From Oopsacas minuta (taxonomy: Eukaryota; Animalia; Porifera): 64,000 bases of DNA. The notes under the pieces were generated by a model. The model was not told where the DNA came from, did no database searches, and saw only the letters and a program-made list of their open reading frames with translations. The position numbers were made by a program, and so were the translations under genes. The stretch spans positions 25,637 to 89,636 of the forward strand of contig JAKMXF010000021.1 of the NCBI GenBank assembly GCA_024704765.1. The letters are read 5' to 3'. Of this stretch, positions 11,181 through 22,829 are shown piece by piece. Within the stretch, counting starts at the first letter, position 1. Each line of letters starts with the position of its first letter.

Positions 11181-11958
11181 AGGTGTAATTGACTTAATCA
11201 AGAATCATTTACAAAGTGCTGAATGCCCAGAAGCAGATATGGTCGAGACTTTAATACGTAAAATATTTACAATATGTAAGTACATAGAATATAGTTGATC
11301 CATAAATTTAATTACTTATTTGGATTGAGAAATCATCTAAGGGAACTGATAAAGGGTACTAAATACTTCTTATCCCATAACCGCAAGATATTGTTAACAG
11401 TTCTCTTAAGATTACTGAAAATTTACGATTAGACTTCTGTATCTCTACTATAAAAAGCAAATAATCTGTAGATATGCATAAATGTATAGTAGGGTGCATC
11501 AGTTACCACATAAATTGAAAACAACACTTGGCTCAGAAGTTTTTATGAAATTCATATACTAAAGAATCATAATGTATAATTTCATTGGACTTCAACAAGA
11601 GTTAAGGGATGCACAATTCAATTATTCCAAAGCACAGGCATTGTAATGGGATTGTGCCGGAATTCAAGTACACTTAACGTAAAGTGTAAATCTGATAGGA
11701 CTGGAAACTACATACCATATGTTAGGTGTATCTAGGATGGTATGTATCTGCTTACAATACAGATTTACAGATAAAGGAAATAATGAGACAGGCCAATAGA
11801 ATCCTATTAGAACATCCAAATTCAAACGCCTAATATCTCTAAAACAGTGCAACAATGGCGATCAAATGCATTATTAGTAGAAACAAACAACTCAAATTGC
11901 TCAAATATAAGCTGAAACACAGTAGACATATACGAAGTACACTTATCGGAAACCATTC

Positions 11959-11990
11959 CACAGTGGGCAAATGAGTGGAAATAGGATAAA
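11959..11990 (+). other. Orphan Transib-type terminus (CACAGTGGGCAAATG...)
   Basis: Exact CACAGTG heptamer followed by GG, as in Transib ends. No matching right end was found in the window. Confidence 0.35.
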
Positions 11991-12274
11991 TTTTGATGTG
12001 CTCAGATCTGAATAATCTGTTTTAACTAAATTCCTTACCTCCTAATACCTAGGCAGCCAAATTTTAAGACTTCAATGTCATCAGATACTTGAGTCATTTT
12101 GCTCTAATAGAATGTATATTTATCGAGGCCAAAATAGCATTTGATATTAGTGGTGAGCACACAAGTTTAATTGTGGTAAATTGCTAGACTAGTGATAATA
12201 AGCAAACTTTGCCTTTTCATTGTATAGTATATACACTTAGCTGTAGTTCTTTCATGTATTAGAGCTTGGTTCTA

Positions 12275-13444
12275 CAGTGTGACACGATGAAATTGGGAAG
12301 ATGTTTAGAGATATCTTCATTTTCTATAACTAAACTAACTATACAACCAACATACACAACTACACTATCAAATCCACTAGTACTTAATCTTCTGACCGTG
12401 ACTCTTCTTTACTATAACTACCCTTTTCCTCATAGATTTTCAATATGGCTTCAAAAATTCAATAGAAATGTTATCCAAGACTTCGTTGACTACACTGTCA
12501 AGCTAGTCAAGAGACTTGGGAGCTCTCAAATCCAGCTGGATTTTATCCAGGCCCATAGATTTTCAATTGGACTGAGATCCGGACTACAGGCGAGCCAATC
12601 CATTCTGATTATACCTTCCTTCTGCATGAAATCTTTGGAAATCTTGGAGGTATGCTTAGGATCATTGTCCTCCTGAAAAATCCAACCATCAGGATAGAGA
12701 ACTTGACTCTGAACTATTAAGCACTCGTTTAGAATTCGACACTACCCCAAACTAGTTAAATTTTCTCGAAATATCTTCAAAGGGAACGTGCCACGAGCAG
12801 AAAATGCCTCCTAAACATGAAGCTTTTGCGTGTGCTTGGAGGTGGGTTTCACTGGGTGTTCGTCCCTCTTGTACCACAGGCAGAACTTTCCTTGTGATAA
12901 CTAAATGGACATTTTGTCGCTGAATACGACCTTCTCCCAATCCATAACACGCGTCTGTCCATATGCTTCTGTGTGAGGAACGGAATTGGTTTGGCAACCT
13001 TTCTGGTGTCACAACCTCTTGAGTTTTTGTCTCACGCTCTCCCTGGAGTACGTATTCGAACGTGTGGTGTTGAATTTGCTTGTCAACTTCCTAATAGACT
13101 TTTGTTTGTTGTTTCGAGCTAGTTTGCCAAGTGAAATGATATCGTTCTTGCTGATAACTCTGCTTTTTCCGGAACCTCTCTTCCTCTCAATTGAAATCTC
13201 GGCTCGGAGTTTAGAAATTGTTTGATAAACTGTGCTCTTCGGAATGCCTGTGCGACAAGAAACCTCCATCGCATTCGTAATACCGGACAGGTATAAGGTC
13301 CTAACATGTCTCGGTGCATTTGCTCCATTATTTAGAGCTAGTTCGATATGAAATTCAAATGATATGAGAATAATTTTCAACAAAAATAACAGAAAATATT
13401 TAAATATAATATACAATTTAGCTTTTACAATAGTTGGAATGAAA
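12275..13444 (-). mobile_element. Tc1-like (DD34E) element, one end missing
   Basis: TA|CAGTGTGACACG terminus at 12275. The minus strand gives an HTH with RKRGSGK, then FQEDNDPKHTSK and SPDLSPIENLWAWIK with D-34-E spacing. The opposite TIR was not found; a maT element sits there. Confidence 0.8.
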
Positions 13445-13446
13445 TA

Positions 13447-14710
13447 CAGGGTAAAGCATAAGTTCTGCAACAAGTATAAAGTAGTATATTTCTTATTTTA
13501 CCATAATAGTTGAAATTCGTAGTGAATTAGTGAATATACATACTAAGGATACGAAATTAATCTAGTTTTTCGAATGTATTGCCCTTTGCTGCGATACATA
13601 GGCTCAATCGCTTATAGAAATTATCGACAGCAGCACGCAACACGTCCTCACTGATTAAATCCCACTCTCTTCTCAAGGAGACTTCAGACTTTCGACGTTC
13701 TTGTGAGGCTTTGCACATACTCTGGACTCTAAGATGGACCATATACAGAAATCCATAGGGTTTAGATCTGGAGAAGAGGCCGGCCATTCTTTAGTTGATA
13801 TAAATTCCGGTACATTGAGTTTCAACCACTCAGATGTCATTTTAGCTTTGTGGGAGGGAGCGGAATCTTGCTGGAAAACCCAATGCGTGCCATTGAAGTG
13901 CTCACAAGCCCAAGGCTTCAATGCATTGTCTAAAATGCTCTCTACATACACCTCTTTGTTAATTTTCACCCCTTTGTCAATGAACACCAGAGGTGTTCGA
14001 CCATCAGAGGTAATAGCTCCCTAACCATGACCGATGCCGGTTTTTGAGTTCTTTTGATTGTGCGTATTGATGACGATATAGACTTTTGATCTGGAGCAAG
14101 AATTCGACCGTTTTGGCGATTATATGCCATTTCTACGGTAAAAATCTTCCCATCGGAGAAGACAATACTCTGGTGCGTGCCACCAGTGAACATTTTTCTC
14201 AGAATCAGACATTTTTCATACCTACGCCTCTTATTCACCTCAGAAATTAACTGTACCTCTCTAAATTTGTAGCATTTCAAGCCTAAATCCTCTTTTACTA
14301 TCCTCGCCATGCTTTGGATGCTTCTAACAGGATTCTTCCTGACCCCATCCCGGACGAGCTTCCTAACAGCAGGAGTACGAACAGAACGAGGTCTACCTTT
14401 TCTGAACATGTCCTGGGTACTGCCAGTCTCCTTGTAACGTTTGATGGTACGGTAGACTATCCATCTGTTTATGGACAGTATTTTTGATATTACGGAGGAT
14501 GCCTTGCTTTCACTATGACACAAGATTATCATTGACCGTTTTGCTTCTTTGTCCATAAATCAAAAAAATTTTTCTAGTAGGACTCAATACTCTAAATATT
14601 GTTTAAAAAGATATTGAAGATAATATATGATAAATAAATATCCACTTAAAACCATTCGCAGAACCTCTAGCTTAATTTAAATTTTTGTTGCAGAACTTAG
14701 CCTAACCCTG
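13447..14710 (-). mobile_element. maT (DD37D) element, full length, disrupted transposase (about 14556-13557)
   Basis: Imperfect TIRs CAGGGT..(G)C(A)TAAGTTCTGCAACA with TA TSDs at 13445-13446 and 14711-14712. Motifs GRPRSVRT, VFSDGKIF and FQQDSAPSH...SPDLNPMD (37 residues between the Asp residues). Confidence 0.92.
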
Positions 14711-14790
14711 TACATTGGCAGTGTTAGAAAAGAATTCTAAAGAGTACATGTGTATAGACATGTGATATATCTACGAATACAACGAGTGGA

Positions 14791-16428
14791 ATGGACTTTA
14801 GAACATATGGTTACGTTATAACAAGCAAAATAACCAGAATGATTGGAGCAGATGCAGTAAAAAAACTAAGTTCGCTGTCAATTTCAGATAACACTGTTCA
14901 GCGCAGAATTCAAGAAATGTCAGAGGATATTAAGAACCAAGTTGTGGAGCAAATCAAACAGTCACCCATCTTTGTTTTGCAATTAGATGAGTCAACTGAT
15001 ATTTCTTCTTGTGCTCAGCTGATGATATATGTACGTTATATCCACGATTCTAACTTCAAAGAAGAGTTCCTGTTTTGTCAGCCACTTGATTCTCAAACAC
15101 GTGGAATTGATGTTTTCAACAAAGTAGATACCATTTTGTAAAAGAAGGTCTCGATTGGAAAAAAGTTGGGGCTGTTTGCACAGATGGCGCTCCTTCTATG
15201 TTGGGGAGCCATTCTGGGTTCCAGACACGCGTTAGACAGTATGTCCCAGATGTGAAAACAAATCACTGTATGATTCACCGAGAAACCCTTACAGCGAAGA
15301 CTTTGCCAGCCTCGCTAAGTGTTATCTTGCAGGAGGTAATTAAAATAGTCAATTTCGTTAAAAGTAGCGCACTCAACACTCGTCTCTTCAGAAATCTTTG
15401 TTTAGATATGGATGCTGCGCATATGAATCTGTTAAATCACACTGAAGTTAGATGGCTTTCAAAGGGCAATGTTTTGAAACGTGTTCTAGACCTCAAGGAA
15501 GAAACAACAGAATTTTTAAAACTCCAAAAGCGGACGCATTGGCATGATTTATTCGTAAATCACGAATGGATTACTAGACTTTGTTATCTTTTCGATATTT
15601 TTGAAAGACTCAATACTCTGAACCTCTCATTGCAAGGTAAAGATAGTAATATTATGGATTTTGTAGACAAGCTTTCTGCCTTTCAAGCAATGCTTGACCT
15701 CTGGAGAAACAAGATAAATGGTGGTAGGATTACAATGTTTTCTCACCTCTGTAGCTATGTTGAAGATTGCGAAATTAGTATCAGCGAAGCTTTGCAAAAT
15801 GACATTGCAACGCATTTGCAATCACTTAAAGATGAATTCTCTAGATACTTTCCAGAAACAACAAAATCCAAATTTAATCTTGTTCGAAATCCTTTTCTGG
15901 CCAAAATAGATGACAGCATTCCTGATAATCACGATGCAGTACAGGAGGATTTCATCAAACTTGTAAATGATTCAGGAGCACAAACATTATTTCCAAGAGT
16001 TGATTTGCCATCTTTTTGGAGTTCTATGCTTGGAAGCTATCCAATAGTATCACAGATTTCCCTGAAGTTACTCATGTCATTCCCATCAACTTATTTGTGT
16101 GAAGCGGCTTTTTCTAGCATGCTAGTAATCAAAACTAAGGCTAGAAATAGACTTGATGTCAAACCAGATCTACGCTGCTGCTTAGCAATAACACAACCTA
16201 GAATTCAAAAGCTAGTTGATGAAAAACAACATCAAAAATCACATTAAATAATCATGTGTGATGATTATTAGTATTGTAGATGTGGTAAATTTAGATTAGA
16301 ATAATATATCCAAGTTGAGAACATACATTTTGAAATTTACGTTTTGGTTATGCCTTCATCGGGTGGGGCGCGAACGCTTTAAAAAGTTGGAAAGTGGGTC
16401 GTGGTCAGAAAAAGGTTGAAAACCCCTG
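14791..16428 (+). mobile_element. hAT Buster/Charlie-type (ZBED5/SCAND3-like) element, 5'-truncated; transposase ORFs 14791-15141 and 15198-16247
   Basis: Motifs SDNTVQRRI, LQLDESTD, CTDGAPSM, HCMIHRE, VRWLS and FPSTYLCEAAFS...RNRL. Right TIR AAAAAGGTTGAAAACCCCTG ends at 16428. Confidence 0.88.
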
Positions 16429-16854
16429 CACCAGCCCAAATTTAACAGAATTCTAGGGACGTGAAATAACGCGACGGTCATCATTTTAAAAATTCTATCT
16501 GAGCCTCCTGACATTTTTGAAATTTAAATTTTCTAGAAAATTGATTTTTTGTGTTTTCTGATAATACATTACAGCAACAATGAATAACACAGAGAAGCTT
16601 TCGATTTTCTCAGCTCCCAAACTCCAGTTAGAGCGGCAAGTGATCAATTTATGTAGTCTTTCCAATTTCAAGAGAGCGATATTTACTGACTAAGGAGGAA
16701 ATTCGGAGCCCTTAAGTCTGACAGACATGCCCTCCAAAAGAACAAGGACTTAGTATCTTCGAAAGAGATACGATTTCATTCCTTGGAAATTGATTGTGCT
16801 CTGAAAAAGAGAATTTCCAATGATCGTGTAATAATTGAGCTGATTTATCCACTA

Positions 16855-17240
16855 AAATAAGTAAACCTCTATCTCAATTAAATACCAAGGGATTAAAAGT
16901 CAGATTAGCTCCTTTGCTAAACCACCACATAGAAATAATTGCCAGAAGAGAAGAAGTTGATAGAAAAACCTACGCTTCTCTAGCTCTACAGTTTGTATCT
17001 AACCTGACACATCACCATAAAACGTTCTATTTGCAAAGAAATCATTTCGTAAGGGTCTTTTGACAATGCAAACAAATACATACCTATTAAGAAATGAATA
17101 TTTCTCATTGACAAACTTGAAATGGGAAAACGAAAGTACATTGATCTCAAAAGAACTTTGAAATCGGAGAATGTTACTTCCCGTCCAACAAAGATGTGGC
17201 TCAATATCGATCTGAAATACGTTCAGTAATGAATTACAGT
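16855..17240 (+). pseudogene. Second, divergent Transib/RAG1-like transposase fragment (NBD/DDBD-like region)
   Basis: KPLSQLNTKGLKVRLAPLL...ASLALQFVSN then KEIIS*GSFDNANKYIPIKK*IFLIDKLEMGKRKYIDLKRTL aligns colinearly by eye with the 8536 protein (KEIIVSGGFCNRSNKHVPVDKAVFLLDLIEVGRRKYTQLRQTL). Confidence 0.72.
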
Positions 17241-17469
17241 TCGTTCTCAATGAAAATCAGCTTATCATATAGGGTGTTAAGAAATTGATGCTCTAGTCAC
17301 TAAATCTACAATAATGTAACCATAGTTTCAGTGTTGACTCTTATGAAATACACAAACTCATATTTCATTTTGACAACCAATTTAGACAATTTTAGTATAT
17401 CACTCTCAGTCAGAATGCCAATTTCTATTTAGTATATTATTAAACCTGATTGGACAAATTATAGCATAC

Positions 17470-17745
17470 ACTAATGATCAGAGAAGCTAGTTCCGCCACA
17501 AGAAGCAGGGCAGTCGGAGTGTATTGCGTGGAATGACTCAAAAGGGGTTTCATAGAGCTTAGGAGTAATTATTTGAACAATTCGACGTTGGTTGAGCCGC
17601 AATAAGTCAGGATGTTCCCACGAAAACAAGCATGGACGCGGACGCAAATCCAAATCCCAAAAATTGCTAAAATCGTCATTACAAAACCGATTAGCAAAAG
17701 ACATCAATCAACGCGGAGATTGGTTAAGCGCTTACACACCAAGGG
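17470..17745 (+). pseudogene. Possible Tc1-like N-terminal HTH fragment
   Basis: IRRWLSRNKSGCSHENKHGRGRK and KRHQSTRRLVKRL resemble the paired-like HTH and GRPRK linker. No catalytic domain or TIR seen. Confidence 0.35.
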
Positions 17746-17919
17746 ATAGCCAGGGTCTCATGTAACAGTACATATAGATAAAGAAGCAATCGAACTGCGC
17801 GCATCCCTAAACTCTTGCTGAATTCCAATGAAATTGTAAATTATGAATAGTTAGATTATTAATAAATTGTAAAAGACGATTAATGAGTCGTTGCCAATAT
17901 AAAGGGCAAGTGGTGCATA

Positions 17920-18110
17920 TATGTATATGTTCAGAATTGATTGAAGAAACTTGGAGACTGCTTTAAGGCATACAGGGGAATTTTGGGCTTGGCTCAGACA
18001 AGTTCGAGACTTGAACGAAAATTAATAATTGTGAACAAATTATGATGTCATTGTGACATACTGGGATTTCAAAAATCACATTCTAGCCACTGCTCAGCCT
18101 TCAGATAATT
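17920..18110 (+). repeat. Internal fragment of the Helitron-like family
   Basis: TTGAAGAAACT...GGCATACAGGGGAATTTTGGGC...TTCGAGACTTGAACGA...AATTATGATGT...CTGCTCAGC is colinear with 7170-7350. Confidence 0.5.
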
Positions 18111-20557
18111 AATTTTTTGGATAAAATGGTGTCGAAATTGGAAAAGAAGAAATGACTACTTGCAGCGATATAGCAATAAATGAATTTATTGACAGGAAAT
18201 TGAAGGATAATGTCGTTTTGAGAGATGATAATCAAAATAAAGTGGTCGTTGCAGACAATTCGTAACATTTTGACAAGGCAATCCAAAAAAGTGAAGAACA
18301 AATCACGAAGTAGGAGAGAAATTCCATTGATATGCAGATATTGGCAATGAGATTAAACCTTTGGGCGGTCAAATTTTGTCCATCTACAGACATTACTGAT
18401 TCAAAGATTATAAAGAAAATGAAATGAATCTCCACAACCAAATCACTTGAAAGCGAACTTAGTATAACAGACCTAAATACTAGTGGCACCAAGTTAGTCA
18501 ATATATATTATTTAACAAAGTGAAGAAAAACAGAACGTAATAGAATTGTAGGGAGTAATATCAAAGTGCTTATCAGAAAATCAATAGTGCTGACTCAACT
18601 ACAGGATTATCGGCATTTTACATAAAGCAAAGAAATGATTAAATCATAGAATAAAGAAAATTATTAAGAATGTGAGATAGGAAAGGTCAATCATCAAATC
18701 ATCGAATATTGGGGAAAGTCAATAAAATAAAATTGATTGGAACCAAAAAATTGTATCTAAATGACAACTGCAATGCAATGAATAAAAGTTGCTAAGTACT
18801 CTTTAAATTCATATTGTTCTTATGAAAAAGTATTGAGCTACAATAATTATACAGAGCAATAATTTTGAAAATGCTCAATCAAAGGAGACATAAATTGAAT
18901 ATTTAGAAAAAGTGAGTAAATTTCACATATCCAGATTGCACTATGTCGTTTGAGTAAAAGTTTCATTAAGGTACCAAAATACCCAGGAATGTGGTTTGAG
19001 TGATATGTTCTCTTGGGTAGCATAAACCCCAAAATGTCGTTGGCGAAATAATGGCTTTATAGACTTAAAGTACTATATGCTCAATAAGAATTGAATATGA
19101 AAGTATTGTCAAGGTAGTTTAGAATTCTACGGGTTATGATTGTGAAGTTCAATAGAATGAATGATAAAAAGTATTGTTTGAAGTTAAGTTCTGTAGAGAA
19201 GGCAAAAGTGGTATCAATATAGCTGTCACGTGACAATTCTGGGAAGGTATTCGAATTCTTATGATAAATTGAGTTCAGGGATCACAAGAATTGGGAATAT
19301 ATTCGGTGAAACAAATATTCAGATCTGAAAATTATGAAAAAGTATTGGACTCACTTAAATATATACTGCCATAAATAAAGGGTAACTGTGAACTAAACAA
19401 CATAATTGTGGAAGACAGCTCGAACAAGTCAATCGACATCTGCAAAATATAATTGAAGACATCAATATCAACCATTGAGTCTATTAAACGAGACAAGATT
19501 CGCGTTTGTATTTTCCTGTGGTTGTAATCATGTGATAATTTGAAATCTTTAGAAATCCTAAAAGCAATAAATTGTCATATTACAGTGTATATTCGATAAC
19601 TCGAACCCTCTAAATCTGGTTGAGATAGTGGATGTCGAGTTAACAGATGCGAGAAGTACTACGTACTTGTAACACAGTGGGAAAATAGGCAGAAGTTGAG
19701 ATATATTTGACCTGCTTACCATACTCAATAATTTCAGAATGATATCTTTCCCATAATTCAAAATTTTATACTAGTGGGTCTTCAGCTCATTGAGTTATGG
19801 TAAATACTTAAGAATGGAAAAAATCAATTTTCGAAAATAACAACACGTGGTTTTACAATCAATTCAAAGAAATGATTTATTTCATATTGTGCATATGAAT
19901 GATTGCACTAAACCCTACATGATTGTGTATTCAAATCTAGAGTGCCTATTGAAATTATAAGATTTGGATGTGATTCTCAAACTTTTCAAATATTGGTTGG
20001 AAATCGGGTGGAAATATCCGTTTCGGACATGTTTGCACCTTCCATCCAAGGTCCTAAACTAATCGTGACCAGTTGTGCCAGATAGTTTATACAAATATAT
20101 AGGAAGCTGAACATAATGACACAAATATTATATGACTTCTAGATACACTCAGGGTATTCGACTGCATACCACCACAAAATTTGGAAAATCAATTCATTTT
20201 GAATATATTATTTAGATAAAATCTAATAAATATGGATTATCTTGGCAAGGATTTGTTCTATTCATTTCTAAACCCTCACCCGCTGGCCATTTAACATAGT
20301 ATCCATGGGATAAATCTGCAAACTATACGAGGATGTTAGCAAATTATGAAAACGAACTGTATCTGCATTCCATTGATTTCCTGATTTGTTATTAGCTATT
20401 TTACCTTACCTAATACATATTCCAATCTAACGTCGTTATGATCTTCTCATAATACAATAGATTGGGGATATAAGAGTGGAAATTCGGATTTATCGAAAGT
20501 TTCACCACAATATCAATTCATTTGTATAACTCATGGGTTTTCAAAATTCATATATTA

Positions 20558-22829
20558 CACAGCCCAACATAAATGAAACACATTTTGGAGCCTCAGGATT
20601 TGGCCCTATTTTAGAGTATATTTGATTTGCTGATTTCAATACTAGCATTGGTTTTCCTTCATCTGCTCTAGTATTTGAGTTTGAATATATACCCTTAAAT
20701 ACAAATTCGCGTTTAATGTAGGCTTAATTTGGGATGGTACCCTAAGTATATCATGTTTCTTTAATAAATCAAAACAATTTTGTGCCTGACTTAAGAATTG
20801 AAACATTGCGCCTTTCATTTATTCTAGAACTTAATCATGCATGGTTAATTTGTTGGATATAATTGTTATCATATAATATTGATTTCCATTTCAAATACTA
20901 ATTTGTTATTGTTGTATTACATGGTTTCGTCACGAAGAAGTTGTTTGAATAATCCAAATGTATTCTGGTATATATGTGGTAGCTATGCTATGAAAAAACA
21001 GCAAAACCTATTTCTGACTTAGTTAAGAAGGCATATCTTGCTTATTTTGGAGTGAAGCTTGGAAACCAAGATAAACTATGGACCCAACACATAGTATGTA
21101 AAACTTGTACGAGCATCTGGGGCAATGGACCAGTGGAAGAGGAGAAGTCTGAAGTTTGGTATACCAATGGTTTGGGGAGCCAAAAAACCATTATGATGAT
21201 TGTTACTTCTGCATTGTCAACATCAAGCGCATCAATTGTAAGGATAAGAGTAATTGGACACATCCTGACCTAGAGTCAGCGAGACGACCTATTCCACACT
21301 CAGATGAGATGCCCATTCCGGCTTCGAGCCTTCATAAATGATTCAGATATCCCTCATGAAGCAGAATCTTATTCGAGTAATAGTGATTTTAAAGATACTT
21401 CATCAATGCCCCCCCCCCAACGCGTTGATCAACTCGAACTGAATGATCTGATCAGGGATCTTGACCTCTCGAAAGAATCTTCTGAAGTAATGATATCCAG
21501 GTTGAATGGCAAAAATTTACTCCATCCTGGAACCAAGATTACATATTATCGTAACAGAGAACAGTCTTTACTGCCTTACTTTTGCAACGACAATGGTCTA
21601 CTTTGGTACAATGATGTTCGAGGTCTTTTAGGAGAATGGGGTACCAGAATACAGTCCAAATGAATGGCGCAATTTTATCGACAGTTCTACTAGTAGTTTG
21701 AAATGTGCTTTGCTCCATAATGGGAACAAATATACTTCTATTCCAATTCATAACCCAACTAGTATGAAGGAGGAATATGAGTCAATCAAACAAGTTTTGG
21801 AGAAACTGAAATATTATGTTCATCAATGGGTGATTTGCGTTGACTTAAAGATGGTTAATTTCTACTTGGCAAGCAAAGTGGCTACACAAAATACCCATGC
21901 TTCATTAGTCTTTGGGATAAGCGAGCAAGAAATGACCACTGGACGAGAAAAGATTGGCCCTTGAGAAATAATATGATAGTGGGAGAAATGGACATCATTA
22001 ACAAACCTCTGATTATAAACAGGGAAATCTCATTCTTCCACCACTGCATATCAAACTGGGCGTCATGAAACAATTCGTCAAAGCTCTGAATAAAGATGGT
22101 TCTTGCTCCCATTATCTATGCAGTTAATTTCCTGAACTTAGCACCGAAAGCTCAAAGCTAGAATATTTGATGGCCCCAAGATTAGAAAGCTCATTAAAGA
22201 CACATGTTTTATTAGTTCTATGAATTACACTGAATCTGAAACTTGGTCCGCATTTCAATTAGCCACACAAATATTTTTGGGAAACTACAAAGCAGAAAAT
22301 TTCGCTAAATTAGTAGGAAACAAGCTCTCGAAATTCAATAATATTGGCTGTAAGATGGACATCAAGGTTCATTACCTCCATAACCATTTAGATCATTTCC
22401 CGGCTAACCTTGGTGACCTAAGCGAAGAACAAGGAATAAGGTTCCATCAAGACATCAGGGTAATGGACGAGAGGTACCAGAGAAGGTGGGATATCCACAT
22501 GATGGGATATTGATTTTGGAGTCTTCAGCGAGATTGTCCAGGCAAATCTCACTCAAGGGTGTCCCGGAAGAGACGCTATTTAGACATTGATTGATTATTT
22601 CTACTGTTGATGGAATTTTCTGTATACATTACCACTCTTGAGATAATTTTTATGCTAATAGCAAAAATTCTTAACATAAATATTCGTGTATGTAGATAAT
22701 ATAGTAATTAATTAGTTTAAGTCAAACGGGGATATATTTCAAAAACAATAGCTGATTTATCAAAACTGAAGGATTTTTCGACCCAACTTACAAAATATAC
22801 CCCAAAAAGGTCAAATTTCCAAGGCTGTT
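20558..22829 (+). mobile_element. Chapaev3-type DNA transposon relic; transposase about 20921-22560, frameshifted
   Basis: TTA|CACAGCCC left end, with a degenerate GGCTGT right end at about 22823-22829. Translation gives CLNNPNVFWYICG...KKAYLAYFGVKLGNQDK..VCKTC, NHYDDCYFC, ICVDLKMV, PLHIKLGVMKQFVKAL and HYLHNHLDHFPANLGDLSEEQGIRFHQDI. Confidence 0.78.

Noticed and set aside
10790-12270. Search for a RAG2-like (kelch/PHD) gene next to the RAG1-like ORF
   Set aside because: Only about 390 bp remain inside the element, and no kelch-like ORF is visible on either strand nearby.
18150-19560. Stop-riddled, coding-looking stretch
   Set aside because: No recognisable motif in any frame, so I cannot assign it.
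19800-19960. PYMIVYSNLECLL, resembling the Polinton/pPolB exonuclease motif PFVIYADFE
   Set aside because: A single short degenerate motif with no other polymerase motifs in frame.
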